From Terrimicrobiaceae bacterium (lineage in GTDB: Bacteria > Verrucomicrobiota > Verrucomicrobiia > Chthoniobacterales > Terrimicrobiaceae): a DNA stretch of 64,000 nucleotides. The stretch is from positions 60,239-124,238 of the forward strand of contig JBGSVZ010000066.1 in the NCBI GenBank assembly GCA_041752695.1, in the 5' to 3' direction. Positions 18,869 through 28,231 of the stretch are shown here, piece after piece; the stretch's first letter is position 1; every line of letters begins with the position of its first letter. The notes under the pieces are model-generated. The model ran no database searches. It had not been told where the DNA came from and worked only from the letters and a program-made list of their open reading frames with translations. The position numbers were made by a program, and so were the translations under genes.

Positions 18869-18882
18869 ATCACACCTGAGAT
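18869..18882. promoter_or_regulatory. Island operator site 5 (ATCACACCTGAGAT)
   Basis: Near palindrome in the divergent intergenic region, 92 bp upstream of the 18776 start. Confidence 0.6.
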
Positions 18883-18965
18883 GGACCTTAGGAGTGATCG
18901 GTGATGACGTCAAGAGGCGGGTGTTGGGTCCGCCGGGCAGCTGGCCGCGCGTTTAAGCGATACCA

Positions 18966-18988
18966 TTGACGGAAATCAATCCTGTGAT
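18966..18988 (+). promoter_or_regulatory. -35 TTGACG plus island operator site 6 (ATCAATCCTGTGAT, 18975-18988)
   Basis: Exact copy of the 14-mer in the promoter spacer, 17 bp before the ATG at 19006. Confidence 0.78.
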
Positions 18989-19005
18989 AATTCAGTGCCC
19001 TTTTT

Positions 19006-20553
19006 ATGTATGCGATCGACCCTGGCCTTCTCGCCGCTGCGCGGAAGCACATCGAGAAATTTAACCGGAATGACGAAGAGGGTTTCCGTCAGGCGGTGGA
19101 CAACGCCTCGGCTTGGGAATGGCTGCGGGAGCGTATGCCGCTGTTCGAGTGCCCCGACCCGCTGATTGAAGAAACTTTTTACTTTCGCTGGTGGACCTAC
19201 CGGAAGCACCTCAAAGAGACGCCAGATGGCACGATCATTACGGAGTTCCATGCCGTGCTGGGCCACGCGGGCAAACACAACTCGATCAACTGCGCCTGCG
19301 GGCCTCATTTCTACGAAGGTCGCTGGCTGGCGCAAAAGAATCGCTTTCTGGACGACTACGCCCGCTTCTGGTTTCGCGGCGGCGGTAGCTTGCGTGCGTA
19401 TAGCGCGTGGCTGTCGGACGCGATCTGGCAGACCTGTCTGGTCAGCGGCGATTTCAGCCTGGCCGTCGATTTGCTCCCCGACATGGTGGAGAACTACCGG
19501 GCGTGGGAGCGTGGGCATTTGCATTCCAGCGGCCTGTTCTGGTCCGATGATGACCGCGACGGCATGGAGTTTTCGATCAGTGGCCCGGGCCTGCGCCCGA
19601 CCCTCAACTCCTACATGGCCGCCGACGCGACGGCGATCGCGGCCATCGGGCAGATGGCGGGCAGACCGGACGTCGCGGAAGAGTTCACCGCGAAAGGTGA
19701 GTTGCTGGCGAAGCTGATTAACGAACGACTCTGGGACGAGCAGGACCAGTTCTATAAGACGGTTCCGTTGGAAAGCAAAGACACGCCGGTTGCGACGTGG
19801 GATTTTCGCCGCATGGACCCCAACCGCAACGTGCGGGAGCAGGTGGGTTTCATCCCCTGGGCCTTCCGCTTGGCTGTGCCAGGGCGCGGGGCGGCGTGGG
19901 CGCAGTTGACCGACCCACAGGGTCTCGCCGCGCCTTTCGGCCCTCTAACTGCCGAACGGCGGCACCCGCGTTTTATGTTCGAGCATTCCACGCACGAATG
20001 TTTGTGGAATGGTCCCTCCTGGCCCTTCGCCACCAGCCAGACCCTGATGGGGTTGGCCACCCTTCTGGCCACCGAAGACCAGCCGGTGGTGACCAAGGCT
20101 GACTACCTGGCCACCCTGCAAACCTATGCCCGAAGCCACTACCGGGAATTACCGGACGGGCGCATCGTCTCGTGGGTGGACGAAAACCTCGACCCGTTCA
20201 CCGGGGAATGGCTTTCCCGTCGAATGCTGGAGTCGTGGGGCTGGTGCACGGACAAAGGGGGGTATGAGCGCGGCAAAGACTACAATCACTCCACATTCTG
20301 TGACTTGGTGATCTCCGGGCTTATTGGCTTCCGGCCCGGTCTAACGGGTGGTTTCGAGATCAGGCCGCTGGTGCCCGCCAAGACCTGGAACTACTTCTGC
20401 CTCGACAACCTCCGCTTCCGCGGCCAGCGGATCACCATCCGTTACGATGCGGATGGCACTCGCTATGGGCAGGGACGCGGACTGCAGGTGTTCGCAGACG
20501 GCATCGTCGTGGCCGGGGCGGATGAGCTGACGGACCTCATGGTCGGCGCCTAG
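19006..20553 (+). CDS. Glycoside hydrolase, GH63/MGH1-like (alpha/alpha)6 barrel
   Basis: PLFECPD...YFRWWTYRKH, DDRDGMEFSISG, RPTLNSYM, WNGPSWPFAT, RGKDYNHSTFCDLVISGLIG. Confidence 0.75.
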   Translation: MYAIDPGLLAAARKHIEKFNRNDEEGFRQAVDNASAWEWLRERMPLFECPDPLIEETFYFRWWTYRKHLKETPDGTIITEFHAVLGHAGKHNSINCACGPHFYEGRWLAQKNRFLDDYARFWFRGGGSLRAYSAWLSDAIWQTCLVSGDFSLAVDLLPDMVENYRAWERGHLHSSGLFWSDDDRDGMEFSISGPGLRPTLNSYMAADATAIAAIGQMAGRPDVAEEFTAKGELLAKLINERLWDEQDQFYKTVPLESKDTPVATWDFRRMDPNRNVREQVGFIPWAFRLAVPGRGAAWAQLTDPQGLAAPFGPLTAERRHPRFMFEHSTHECLWNGPSWPFATSQTLMGLATLLATEDQPVVTKADYLATLQTYARSHYRELPDGRIVSWVDENLDPFTGEWLSRRMLESWGWCTDKGGYERGKDYNHSTFCDLVISGLIGFRPGLTGGFEIRPLVPAKTWNYFCLDNLRFRGQRITIRYDADGTRYGQGRGLQVFADGIVVAGADELTDLMVGA

Positions 20554-20644
20554 CAGCTGATCGCCGCTGGCAGGCCATGGTTAGTCGCCTCGGAACTCCG
20601 CACGAACTCGCGGCCCTTGCCGCTTGATTCGCGCAGCTTCCCGA

Positions 20645-22897
20645 TCATTCCCCTTGCGGGGCGATATCCTTTTCGGTGAGCGCGATCAGCGTGGCCCCTT
20701 TGCGTTTGCCCTCAATCATCGATGGGGTGGCATTATCCTTCGATTGCTTCCACGTCCACGTGTCCTCGAAACCGTCTCCCTTAACGACCACGGTGGCGGT
20801 GTCGCCGCTGTCCTTGAGAGTCATGGTGGTGTTTTTTTTCCAAGGATCGAGAAGGCAGGCGTATTTCACCGCATCCGTCTTCACCGGGAACTGGAATTGT
20901 TGGATCAGCTCGTTCCCCCAGCGTCCCGCGAGGAAGCAGTGGTCAATCGCCCCTTGAATCGGCTTGTTGGAGAGCATCTGCATATCGACCTCCTTGCCGC
21001 CTTGAGTGGTGATTCGGCATTTTCCTTCGGTGGGATTGATAAAAGCAGCCTTCGGCACGGTGCCACGCCACATGATCTCGCGGGGGCCATCGGCCACGAT
21101 ATCGTCAAGGACGAGAACATATTCGCCGGGCATCCAGAGCGTGGTGCGGCGGAACTTTTTCAGCACTGAGTCGGTGAAAATGTTTGGCTTCGGGGGTTCG
21201 GGGGCAGCGGCGGGGTCTTTGGCCGCTGGGCCTTCGGTTCCCGGTGGGCGACCGTAGTAGCTGTAGGCCTTCCCGGCTTCGCCCTCAATGATGAGCCTTC
21301 CCTTGTCGCCGGTTTTCCAGCCGGTCAGGTAGGAAAGCTCACGCATGTCCCTCTCCGGAAGCGGCTGGGTGTAGGGATCGCCTTCCATGACTTGCCCCCT
21401 TCCATCCACCGTGATGGTGCTGAGGGTGTCGGTCATTTTTCGAGTCGAATAGAGGCCCGGGTGAAAAAGGAAATCGCCCGCGATGCTCATGGCGATTGAG
21501 TTCGCATCGGGGTCGTCGTGGGCCAGGTTCACGTAGTGCGGCTTGCCATCCGCCCCGAGAACTTCGTGGCGGTATTCGTTCAGCCGGTATCCGCCGTAGG
21601 GTCCGGATTTGAAGGTCAGGACCACGGCGTCATCATCCCAATTGTCGCGCATGGAGGCGGCTCCGAGATCGGCGAAAAGATGGGAGGGATCGAGCGCCTT
21701 GTAATCTCCTGTTCCGACGGTCGGGTCGTAGAAGGCTAGCAGGGTCCAGGGATAGAGAGTCTTGCCATCCTTGGCCTTCGATCCCTGCCAGAACATGTTG
21801 AGCAGGGCGGCCTGGGCGGTTTTGTCGCGGGTCAGCGAAGGGCCGATCAGGAACGGGGGGCTGTCATACATGTAGGGATAGGGGGGGTTCTGGGCATCCC
21901 CAAACGAAATGGTCCGACCGCTGCCGGGCAGCCAGTAGTACACCTGCTGCTTCCAGGCGTTTTTGAAACCGGGGTGCTCCAAGTATTTGGTGCCGAGGTT
22001 GCGGTCCATCATCTGCGCAGTCTCGAGGAGGGAGCGGAAACCAAAGGCCTGGTAGCCGGAGCCCTCGTGACAATCCCCGTCGGCGGGGTACCACTTGGTG
22101 AGGAAATCCGTCTCTTTTTTCAATTCTTCCATGAGGTAGCCGGTCTCCAGGCCTTTCTCATCTGCGATCGCGAGCAGGCTGGCCGCCAGGCCCCGGGCTC
22201 GGTACCAGCGGTGGTTGGGCTGCGGATCCTGTTGCCAGTATTTGATGGGCATCAGCCCGAGTTGTTTGTGGCCAAGATAGAAAAGGCGACGCGCGTGGGT
22301 GAGGAGCTTTTGGGCGACGCGTTCGCGGAATTCCGGTTCGAGGTCGTGGTAAACCGCGTCGTAGAGCACCGCCACCATCATCATGTTGCAGGCGACTCCC
22401 ATGTTGGCATCAAGCTCAGCGGTGGCTGCCCAGTGCTCTTCGTTGAGCATCATGGTCAGAATGTCGATGATCGACTGCTTGACGGCCGGATCGCGATCGA
22501 GGGCATAGGCGTAAGCCAGCGAGGGATAAACGCCGTTAGCGGTCGCGAGGGCAGGGGTATCGTTGGTGACGAGTTGCTTTGCGATCTCGGGGTTGAGTTT
22601 GAATTTTTTGGACCGTGTCGAAAGTTCCTCGTAGGCGCTCTGGAGGATCGGATCGGTTGGGATCCTTGCCTTGAGAGTTTCGATTTCCTTGGCGGTGAAA
22701 AGCACCCTCGGATGTTGGCCGGCAACCGAATCAAGCAGCTTGGGCGGGTTGGCAACGACAGGATCCGTCGGCGGAACCTTTGCCAGGTTCTCTTTGATCT
22801 GTTCGGGTGTGATCCCGACGGGAGTGGCCGCGATGGTCGAAGGAACCGTGAGCGTGAGCAGGCAGGTGAGAGAGAGAAGGGGATGGAGGATTTTCAT
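20645..22897 (-). CDS. Heparinase II/III-like polysaccharide lyase (DUF4962-type), secreted
   Basis: Signal peptide; HPRVLF, PNHRWY, DGDCHEGSGY, HDDPDANSI, TITVDGRGQ, FRRT...LVLDDI. Confidence 0.72.
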   Translation of the reverse strand: MKILHPLLSLTCLLTLTVPSTIAATPVGITPEQIKENLAKVPPTDPVVANPPKLLDSVAGQHPRVLFTAKEIETLKARIPTDPILQSAYEELSTRSKKFKLNPEIAKQLVTNDTPALATANGVYPSLAYAYALDRDPAVKQSIIDILTMMLNEEHWAATAELDANMGVACNMMMVAVLYDAVYHDLEPEFRERVAQKLLTHARRLFYLGHKQLGLMPIKYWQQDPQPNHRWYRARGLAASLLAIADEKGLETGYLMEELKKETDFLTKWYPADGDCHEGSGYQAFGFRSLLETAQMMDRNLGTKYLEHPGFKNAWKQQVYYWLPGSGRTISFGDAQNPPYPYMYDSPPFLIGPSLTRDKTAQAALLNMFWQGSKAKDGKTLYPWTLLAFYDPTVGTGDYKALDPSHLFADLGAASMRDNWDDDAVVLTFKSGPYGGYRLNEYRHEVLGADGKPHYVNLAHDDPDANSIAMSIAGDFLFHPGLYSTRKMTDTLSTITVDGRGQVMEGDPYTQPLPERDMRELSYLTGWKTGDKGRLIIEGEAGKAYSYYGRPPGTEGPAAKDPAAAPEPPKPNIFTDSVLKKFRRTTLWMPGEYVLVLDDIVADGPREIMWRGTVPKAAFINPTEGKCRITTQGGKEVDMQMLSNKPIQGAIDHCFLAGRWGNELIQQFQFPVKTDAVKYACLLDPWKKNTTMTLKDSGDTATVVVKGDGFEDTWTWKQSKDNATPSMIEGKRKGATLIALTEKDIAPQGE

Positions 22898-22911
22898 GGG
22901 GGCGACCGGGT

Positions 22912-23544
22912 TTAGTCGTTGGCGAAGGCGATCTTGTCGATGACGACCCGGAAGTCCCGGGTGATGTTGTCATGGGTTTTCGACCAGTTGAAGCCGACGG
23001 CGCTGACGTCGCCCTGACCAGGACCCCAGAAGCAGAGTTGGGCCATCGGGAATTTGAGCACGGTGGTGGTATCCGGAGTGCGTTTGTCCGGAGTGGGGTC
23101 CGCCAGACTGGCCGAACCCAGGACCTCACCGGCTTCGTTGAACAGGCAAACGGGAAACCAGAGATTCGCCGCTCGCTGGTCGCTGGTCTTGCCACCATTA
23201 GTAACCTTGCTCGTGCCTTCCATCCGGCAGGTGACGATCAGATAATCGTATTCCTTCAGCTTGAAAGAGTCCGGCAAACCGTTTCCCTTCCATTTGATCA
23301 GTGGTTTGATCGCAGCGTTGCCAACGATCCGGCATTCGATCGCTCCGTCTTCCGTGAAAGCCAGTTTGCTGTTGGCGTCGTCAACAAAGGAGAGGTGATC
23401 GGCGGGTTTTCCTTTTTCAAAAATCACCAGTTTTTCGACCGGTTCCTTGTTGATGTCCTTAATGACTTCGAAGGCCTGCGATGGTCGCGGAAGACAGGCG
23501 AGGGAAAGCAAAATCAGGATGTTGAGTGGGTGAAATAGGCGCAT
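22912..23544 (-). CDS. Secreted hypothetical protein (possible carbohydrate-binding beta sandwich)
   Basis: Signal peptide ending SQA|FE; C-terminal VVIDKIAF; co-oriented 14 bp upstream of the lyase. Confidence 0.7.
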   Translation of the reverse strand: MRLFHPLNILILLSLACLPRPSQAFEVIKDINKEPVEKLVIFEKGKPADHLSFVDDANSKLAFTEDGAIECRIVGNAAIKPLIKWKGNGLPDSFKLKEYDYLIVTCRMEGTSKVTNGGKTSDQRAANLWFPVCLFNEAGEVLGSASLADPTPDKRTPDTTTVLKFPMAQLCFWGPGQGDVSAVGFNWSKTHDNITRDFRVVIDKIAFAND

Positions 23545-23589
23545 GGCGGAGGAGGAAGGAGTGGGGCACGGGTTGACGTAGAAACAACA

Positions 23590-23603
23590 ATCAATCCTGT
23601 GAT
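23590..23603. promoter_or_regulatory. Island operator site 7 (ATCAATCCTGTGAT)
   Basis: Exact copy of the 14-mer between the lyase operon and the divergent LacI gene. Confidence 0.78.
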
Positions 23604-23896
23604 ATTTTTAGATTTGCTACATGATTACGAATTGTCAAGTGGGAGACCGGATATTTCTCAAATCGAATCCAATCGTGGAGGGGCGGGGATGGGGTTCGGG
23701 CATAAGCATCCTCACGGACGGTCGGAGAGCAGCCGTCTAGGCTTGCGGTGGGCTCCCGCCACGGTGTTTCAAAGCTTTCGAGAGCCTGGCTGAAGGCTCC
23801 ATGGAGACGTGGAATTCGCTTGTCGGTCCTTCCCGAGCGGTTTTTACTGACATGTAGTTGCCCCAACCGGCATAGACGGTGTTTCCAAAATCAAAC

Positions 23897-24937
23897 ATGC
23901 CATCCCTCAAGCGAATCGCCACCGATCTTGGAGTATCCCACACTTTGGTCTCCAAGGTTCTCACCGGGAGGCTGGGCACGACCGGCGTAAGCGCAAAGAC
24001 TCGCGAGGCCATTCTTCAGAAGGCCAAGGAACTCAATTACACTCCGAACCGGCTTGCGGTGGCCTTGAGAGCTGGCCGCAAAGGAGCTGTGGGAATTTTT
24101 CTGCACCATATTGGAAGCCCGGGGAGTGATGTCAGCGACCGGCTCCTCCGCGGGATTGCCGAAGGGTTGGAGAAAAGTGACTTGCGGATGTGGCTGCGGT
24201 TTTTCACGACAGATGAGGATTTCCTGGCGGCTTGCGGAGAGCGTCTGAAAAGCGAAGTGGACGGATTGATGGTGGCGGGCCTTCACCATCCCAATCTGAT
24301 GCCGACGTTCGCCGAACTCGAGCGCCAGCATGTGCCGGTCGTCTCTCTGTTCAATGAGCTTTCCGAGGCCGACCATGAAGAACTGACGAATGTTGCCGTG
24401 GACTACGAGATGCAGGGATATCTGGCAACGCGTCATCTCCTGGCGCAGGGGTGTCGCCGACTGGCTTGCTTCAGAACGGTTGATAACCGCACGGCCGGTT
24501 TTTTCCGGGCGCACCAAGAGGCCGGTCTCGAATTTGACGCCCGGATGGTCATCCCCACAGCAAGTTTTCTTCGTGAGAATGGCCAGACGAGCACCGCCCT
24601 GCTCCTCGGCCTCAACCTGCCCTTTGATGGCATCGTCTGCCAGTCCGATGCTCAGGCCAGCGCTGCCATCAACGCCCTTGCCAGCAAAGGCATCAAGGTG
24701 CCCGATTCGGTCAAGGTTACGGGCATCGACAACTCGCCGATGGCGGAAGATTGTTTTGTGCCCCTTACTTCCGTGACCTCGGAAATGAAGCACGCGGGAT
24801 TGAAGGCGGTGGAATTGCTCCTGCAAAAGATCAATGGTCGCCCCGTAAAGTCCGCAATTATCCAACCGAGCTTGGTCGTGCGCCTTTCGTCGGGAGTCCC
24901 CGCGCCAACATCTCCCGATTTGAGTATTCTGAAGTAA
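23897..24937 (+). CDS. LacI-family transcriptional regulator
   Basis: MPSLKRIATDLGVSHTLVSKVL HTH, ELNYTPNRLAVAL hinge, KVPDSVKVTGIDN...PLTSV sugar-binding domain. Confidence 0.93.
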   Translation: MPSLKRIATDLGVSHTLVSKVLTGRLGTTGVSAKTREAILQKAKELNYTPNRLAVALRAGRKGAVGIFLHHIGSPGSDVSDRLLRGIAEGLEKSDLRMWLRFFTTDEDFLAACGERLKSEVDGLMVAGLHHPNLMPTFAELERQHVPVVSLFNELSEADHEELTNVAVDYEMQGYLATRHLLAQGCRRLACFRTVDNRTAGFFRAHQEAGLEFDARMVIPTASFLRENGQTSTALLLGLNLPFDGIVCQSDAQASAAINALASKGIKVPDSVKVTGIDNSPMAEDCFVPLTSVTSEMKHAGLKAVELLLQKINGRPVKSAIIQPSLVVRLSSGVPAPTSPDLSILK

Positions 24938-25002
24938 GCCAGGGTGCATTCCCGCGGGGTTTTCGGAGTGGTCAGTCGAAGGAGGTTTGCGGGGCAGTTG
25001 GG

Positions 25003-26256
25003 TCAGCCGCGCAGTGAAAGCGTGGACGCTTCGTAGCGTTGGACGCTTTCCATCCAGTGTCCATCGCATGGGCGGTTGTGGCGGTTGCAGTGCTCGTCCC
25101 AGACAGCGCCCCAGGGGAGGGTGCGCCAGTCTTCAAAAAGGGCCAGGCGCTGTGCAGCGTCTCCGGAATTCTCTGCGGCGGTGAGGCGGCTTTGCGGGGC
25201 GAGGAGGCCAAGGAGAACCGCCTTTTGGGTATTGCGAGTGCCGATCGTCCAAGCGGCGATGCGGTTGATCGAAGCGTCGAAAAAGTCGAGGCCGACATGG
25301 GTGCGGGGCAAGAACCCACCCACGACCACCTCATGCAGCATTTCGCGGGTGGGGTCGTCGAGCATCACGACATGGTCGCTGTCCCAACGCACGCCCCGGG
25401 AGACGTGAAGCAGCAGACGTGGGACGTGAAGCATCACTGCGGAGATCTTGTCGGCCACCGATTCGGTGGGGTGGAAATGCCCCGCGTCGAGACAAAGGGC
25501 GACCTGATGACGGGCAGCGTAGCCGAGAAAAAATTCATGCGACCCCACGGTGTAGCTTTCCACGCCGATGCCGAAGAGTTTGCTTTCGACGGCGTCAATA
25601 TTAAAGGCCGCCCTGGATCCGAGGTCGGAGGCGAAGATGGCATCGAGAGACTGCGAAAGACGTTCGCGAGGCCCGAGACGGTCGGCGGGCCGGTCCTTCA
25701 TCCCGTCCGGAATCCAGATGTTGGTGACGACGGGATTGTTCAGAGCCTCGCCAAACGCGGCGGCGATTTGTCGGCTGGCGATGCAGTGGGCGATCCAGAA
25801 TTCGCGCACGGACGGGTCGCGGTGGGAGAGCGTGAATCCCTCGGCGGCGTGCGGGTGGCCGAAGCAGGTCGGGTTAAAATCGATGCCCCACCTGCGGTCC
25901 TTGGCCCAGTCGAGCCAGGAAACGAAATGTTCGATGGTGAGCGCATCACGATCCACTTGGGCGGCATTGTCGGTCGCGTAGCTCGCATGGAGGTTGATCC
26001 GGAGCGGGCCAGGCAGCAGTGAGGCGACCTGCTCAAGGTCGCTGGTGAGCTCGGAAAAATTCCGGGCTTTGCCGGGATAGTTGCCGGTGGCGACACAGCC
26101 GGAGCCGGCATTGCCGGAGGCATTTTCGAAGCCGGCCACATCATCGCCCTGCCAGCAATGGAGAGAGATCGGGGTGCTGGCCAGTGTGGTGAGGGCGGCA
26201 TCGGTGTCCACGCCCCATTCGGCGAAGCGTTCCTGAGCGGATTGGTAGGGAGTCAT
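25003..26256 (-). CDS. rhaA: L-rhamnose isomerase
   Basis: ISLHCWQGDDVAGFE, ATGNYPGKAR, DAVESKLFGIGVESYTVGSHEF, DAGHFHPTE, HVSRGVRWDSDHV, GLDFFDASINR. Confidence 0.95.
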   Translation of the reverse strand: MTPYQSAQERFAEWGVDTDAALTTLASTPISLHCWQGDDVAGFENASGNAGSGCVATGNYPGKARNFSELTSDLEQVASLLPGPLRINLHASYATDNAAQVDRDALTIEHFVSWLDWAKDRRWGIDFNPTCFGHPHAAEGFTLSHRDPSVREFWIAHCIASRQIAAAFGEALNNPVVTNIWIPDGMKDRPADRLGPRERLSQSLDAIFASDLGSRAAFNIDAVESKLFGIGVESYTVGSHEFFLGYAARHQVALCLDAGHFHPTESVADKISAVMLHVPRLLLHVSRGVRWDSDHVVMLDDPTREMLHEVVVGGFLPRTHVGLDFFDASINRIAAWTIGTRNTQKAVLLGLLAPQSRLTAAENSGDAAQRLALFEDWRTLPWGAVWDEHCNRHNRPCDGHWMESVQRYEASTLSLRG

Positions 26257-27182
26257 GACGGAGCAGTTGAGTTGGCGAAGGTTTCCTTGATCGCGCGCAG
26301 GCTGGCGCGGAGTTCTTTGGCGAGGTGCGGGTCCGAGTAGTCCCGGCCGATTTTTGGCCCCATGATCTCCAGATAGCCGACCACATCATCGACCGGCCAG
26401 TCGTTGGCGTGCCGGTCGCAGAGGGTCTTGAATGCAGCAAGATCAACCGTGCCGCGCTTTTGCTCTTCGGCGTTGAACCCGAAGGTCGAACTGAAAATGG
26501 CGTCGGTATTTTTGAAATGGAACTCGCACATCATCGGGAGGCCGGCCACGAAGAGGTCGATGTTTGAAAATAGGACGTTTTTCTCCGCGTCGCAGAGGCC
26601 GTGGCTGATGTCCCCACAGAGCCAGGTCGGAACGGTCTCACCCGGGTGCGCCACGTGATCGGCCTGCATCTCGCCGATGTAGTTTCGCATCTCCTCCGGC
26701 GTGGTGGGCGGCTCGGCGAGGCAGGACATTGGTTCCATGGTCAGCGCCTTGAGTCCAAGCGACCGGGCCTGGCGGGAAAGCTCTTTGAGATGGCGCAGAT
26801 AACAGGCCGTGCCGGCGTCTTTTTGGGCGGCCTGGTCGCGATACACGGCGCCGGGATTTGACCCCACGTAGTCTGCTCCGACGAGCGCGCCAACCTCGAT
26901 CAACCGCTCGAAGCCCCGCCGCGCGGCACGTTCCATGCGGGAATCCCCGACGAAAAATCCCCCGAGTTCCCGGTGGGCGGTGAACACACTCTTGATCTTT
27001 AGGCCCCTCGATTCCGCCTTGGCGCGAAGGTCGGTGAAATACGAGTCGTCCAAAACATAGAGCTCGTAAAACGAACCGAGCTGAACGTTTCGGATGCCCT
27101 CTTCCCCAAGGAGGTCGAACAGCCAGTCGAAGCTGTAGCGGGTTTCGATACAGTCGGTTTTCAGGCCCAGTCCAATTTTCAT
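26253..27182 (-). CDS. Sugar phosphate isomerase/epimerase (xylose isomerase-like TIM barrel)
   Basis: Metal-ligand pattern MEPM, DISHG, FHFKNTD, YLE; ATGA overlap with rhaA. Confidence 0.7.
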   Translation of the reverse strand: MKIGLGLKTDCIETRYSFDWLFDLLGEEGIRNVQLGSFYELYVLDDSYFTDLRAKAESRGLKIKSVFTAHRELGGFFVGDSRMERAARRGFERLIEVGALVGADYVGSNPGAVYRDQAAQKDAGTACYLRHLKELSRQARSLGLKALTMEPMSCLAEPPTTPEEMRNYIGEMQADHVAHPGETVPTWLCGDISHGLCDAEKNVLFSNIDLFVAGLPMMCEFHFKNTDAIFSSTFGFNAEEQKRGTVDLAAFKTLCDRHANDWPVDDVVGYLEIMGPKIGRDYSDPHLAKELRASLRAIKETFANSTAPS

Positions 27183-28231
27183 AAAAGCTCCGGGCTGACG
27201 CGGATGATCACCTTGTTGTGGTAGGCTTTGCGGTGACGGATGCTGTCGAAAATGTCGGTGCCCTGATCGAGCGTGGGCGTGTCCGTAATCAATGGTGCGA
27301 TGAGCAGTTGCCTGTCCATGTATTTGAGCACGGTGGACCAGTCGTCAGTCCCGCGCGGCACGACCTTGCTGTTCCATGTGCCGTGGAGCGTTAGCTCGCG
27401 GCGTAGGATGCTGGAGAACGCCTTTTCGCCGAGTTGAAATTCGCCGTGAAGATTGCCCATGAAAACCACCTCCCCGAACGTCGCCGCGCAGGCGATGGCC
27501 TGGGCAAAGGTCGTGGGCAGGCCGCACGCTTCGATAACCCTCTTGGCACCGATTCCCGACGTCCTTTCAAACACCTGCTGCACCGGGTCACCGGCTTTGG
27601 AATCGATGGTCTCGAAGCCCATCCCTGCCGCCAGTTCGAGTTTGCGCGGATCCACATCGGCGATCATGACGCGCGCACATCCGTGAATGCGCAGCCACTG
27701 GGCGGCCATGTTTCCGATCGGGCCCGCACCGATCACCAACCCAGTGTCGCCCGCGGCGATGTGCATCTTGCGCACGCCATGAAGAGCCACCGCGGCAGGT
27801 TCGGTACACGCGGCATGCAGAAGATTCACTTCTGGCGGCAGCATAAAAAGATTGGCAACGGGGACCCGCAGAAATTCCTGCATGCCTCCATCGCGGCGGG
27901 AGCCGAAATAATCGTAGTTGGTCGTCTGCGCAAAGTCCCCGGTGTCAAAGCCGGGCTGACCGGGTTTTGGAATCAGGGGAAAGACCGCCACTCGGTCCCC
28001 TCGCTTCACGCCGCCGCCATCCTCCTCCACCACGGCGCTGAACTCATGCCCGAGAACAAGCGGATACCGATACGCGCCACCGGGATCGAACCCGCGCGGA
28101 ATGTCGCTGCCGCAGATCCCGCAGGCCGCCACACGAACCAGAACGGAGTCGGGGGAGGGGGCTTCGGATGGAATCGGACAATCCGAATGGAAGACGAAGT
28201 GGCCGGGGGATTCGAGGACGAGGGAGTTCAT
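27179..28231 (-). CDS. Zn-dependent polyol dehydrogenase (galactitol-1-phosphate 5-dehydrogenase-like)
   Basis: CGICGSD, LGHEFS, GSRRDGG, EPAAVALH, GAGPIG. Confidence 0.85.
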   Translation of the reverse strand: MNSLVLESPGHFVFHSDCPIPSEAPSPDSVLVRVAACGICGSDIPRGFDPGGAYRYPLVLGHEFSAVVEEDGGGVKRGDRVAVFPLIPKPGQPGFDTGDFAQTTNYDYFGSRRDGGMQEFLRVPVANLFMLPPEVNLLHAACTEPAAVALHGVRKMHIAAGDTGLVIGAGPIGNMAAQWLRIHGCARVMIADVDPRKLELAAGMGFETIDSKAGDPVQQVFERTSGIGAKRVIEACGLPTTFAQAIACAATFGEVVFMGNLHGEFQLGEKAFSSILRRELTLHGTWNSKVVPRGTDDWSTVLKYMDRQLLIAPLITDTPTLDQGTDIFDSIRHRKAYHNKVIIRVSPELL

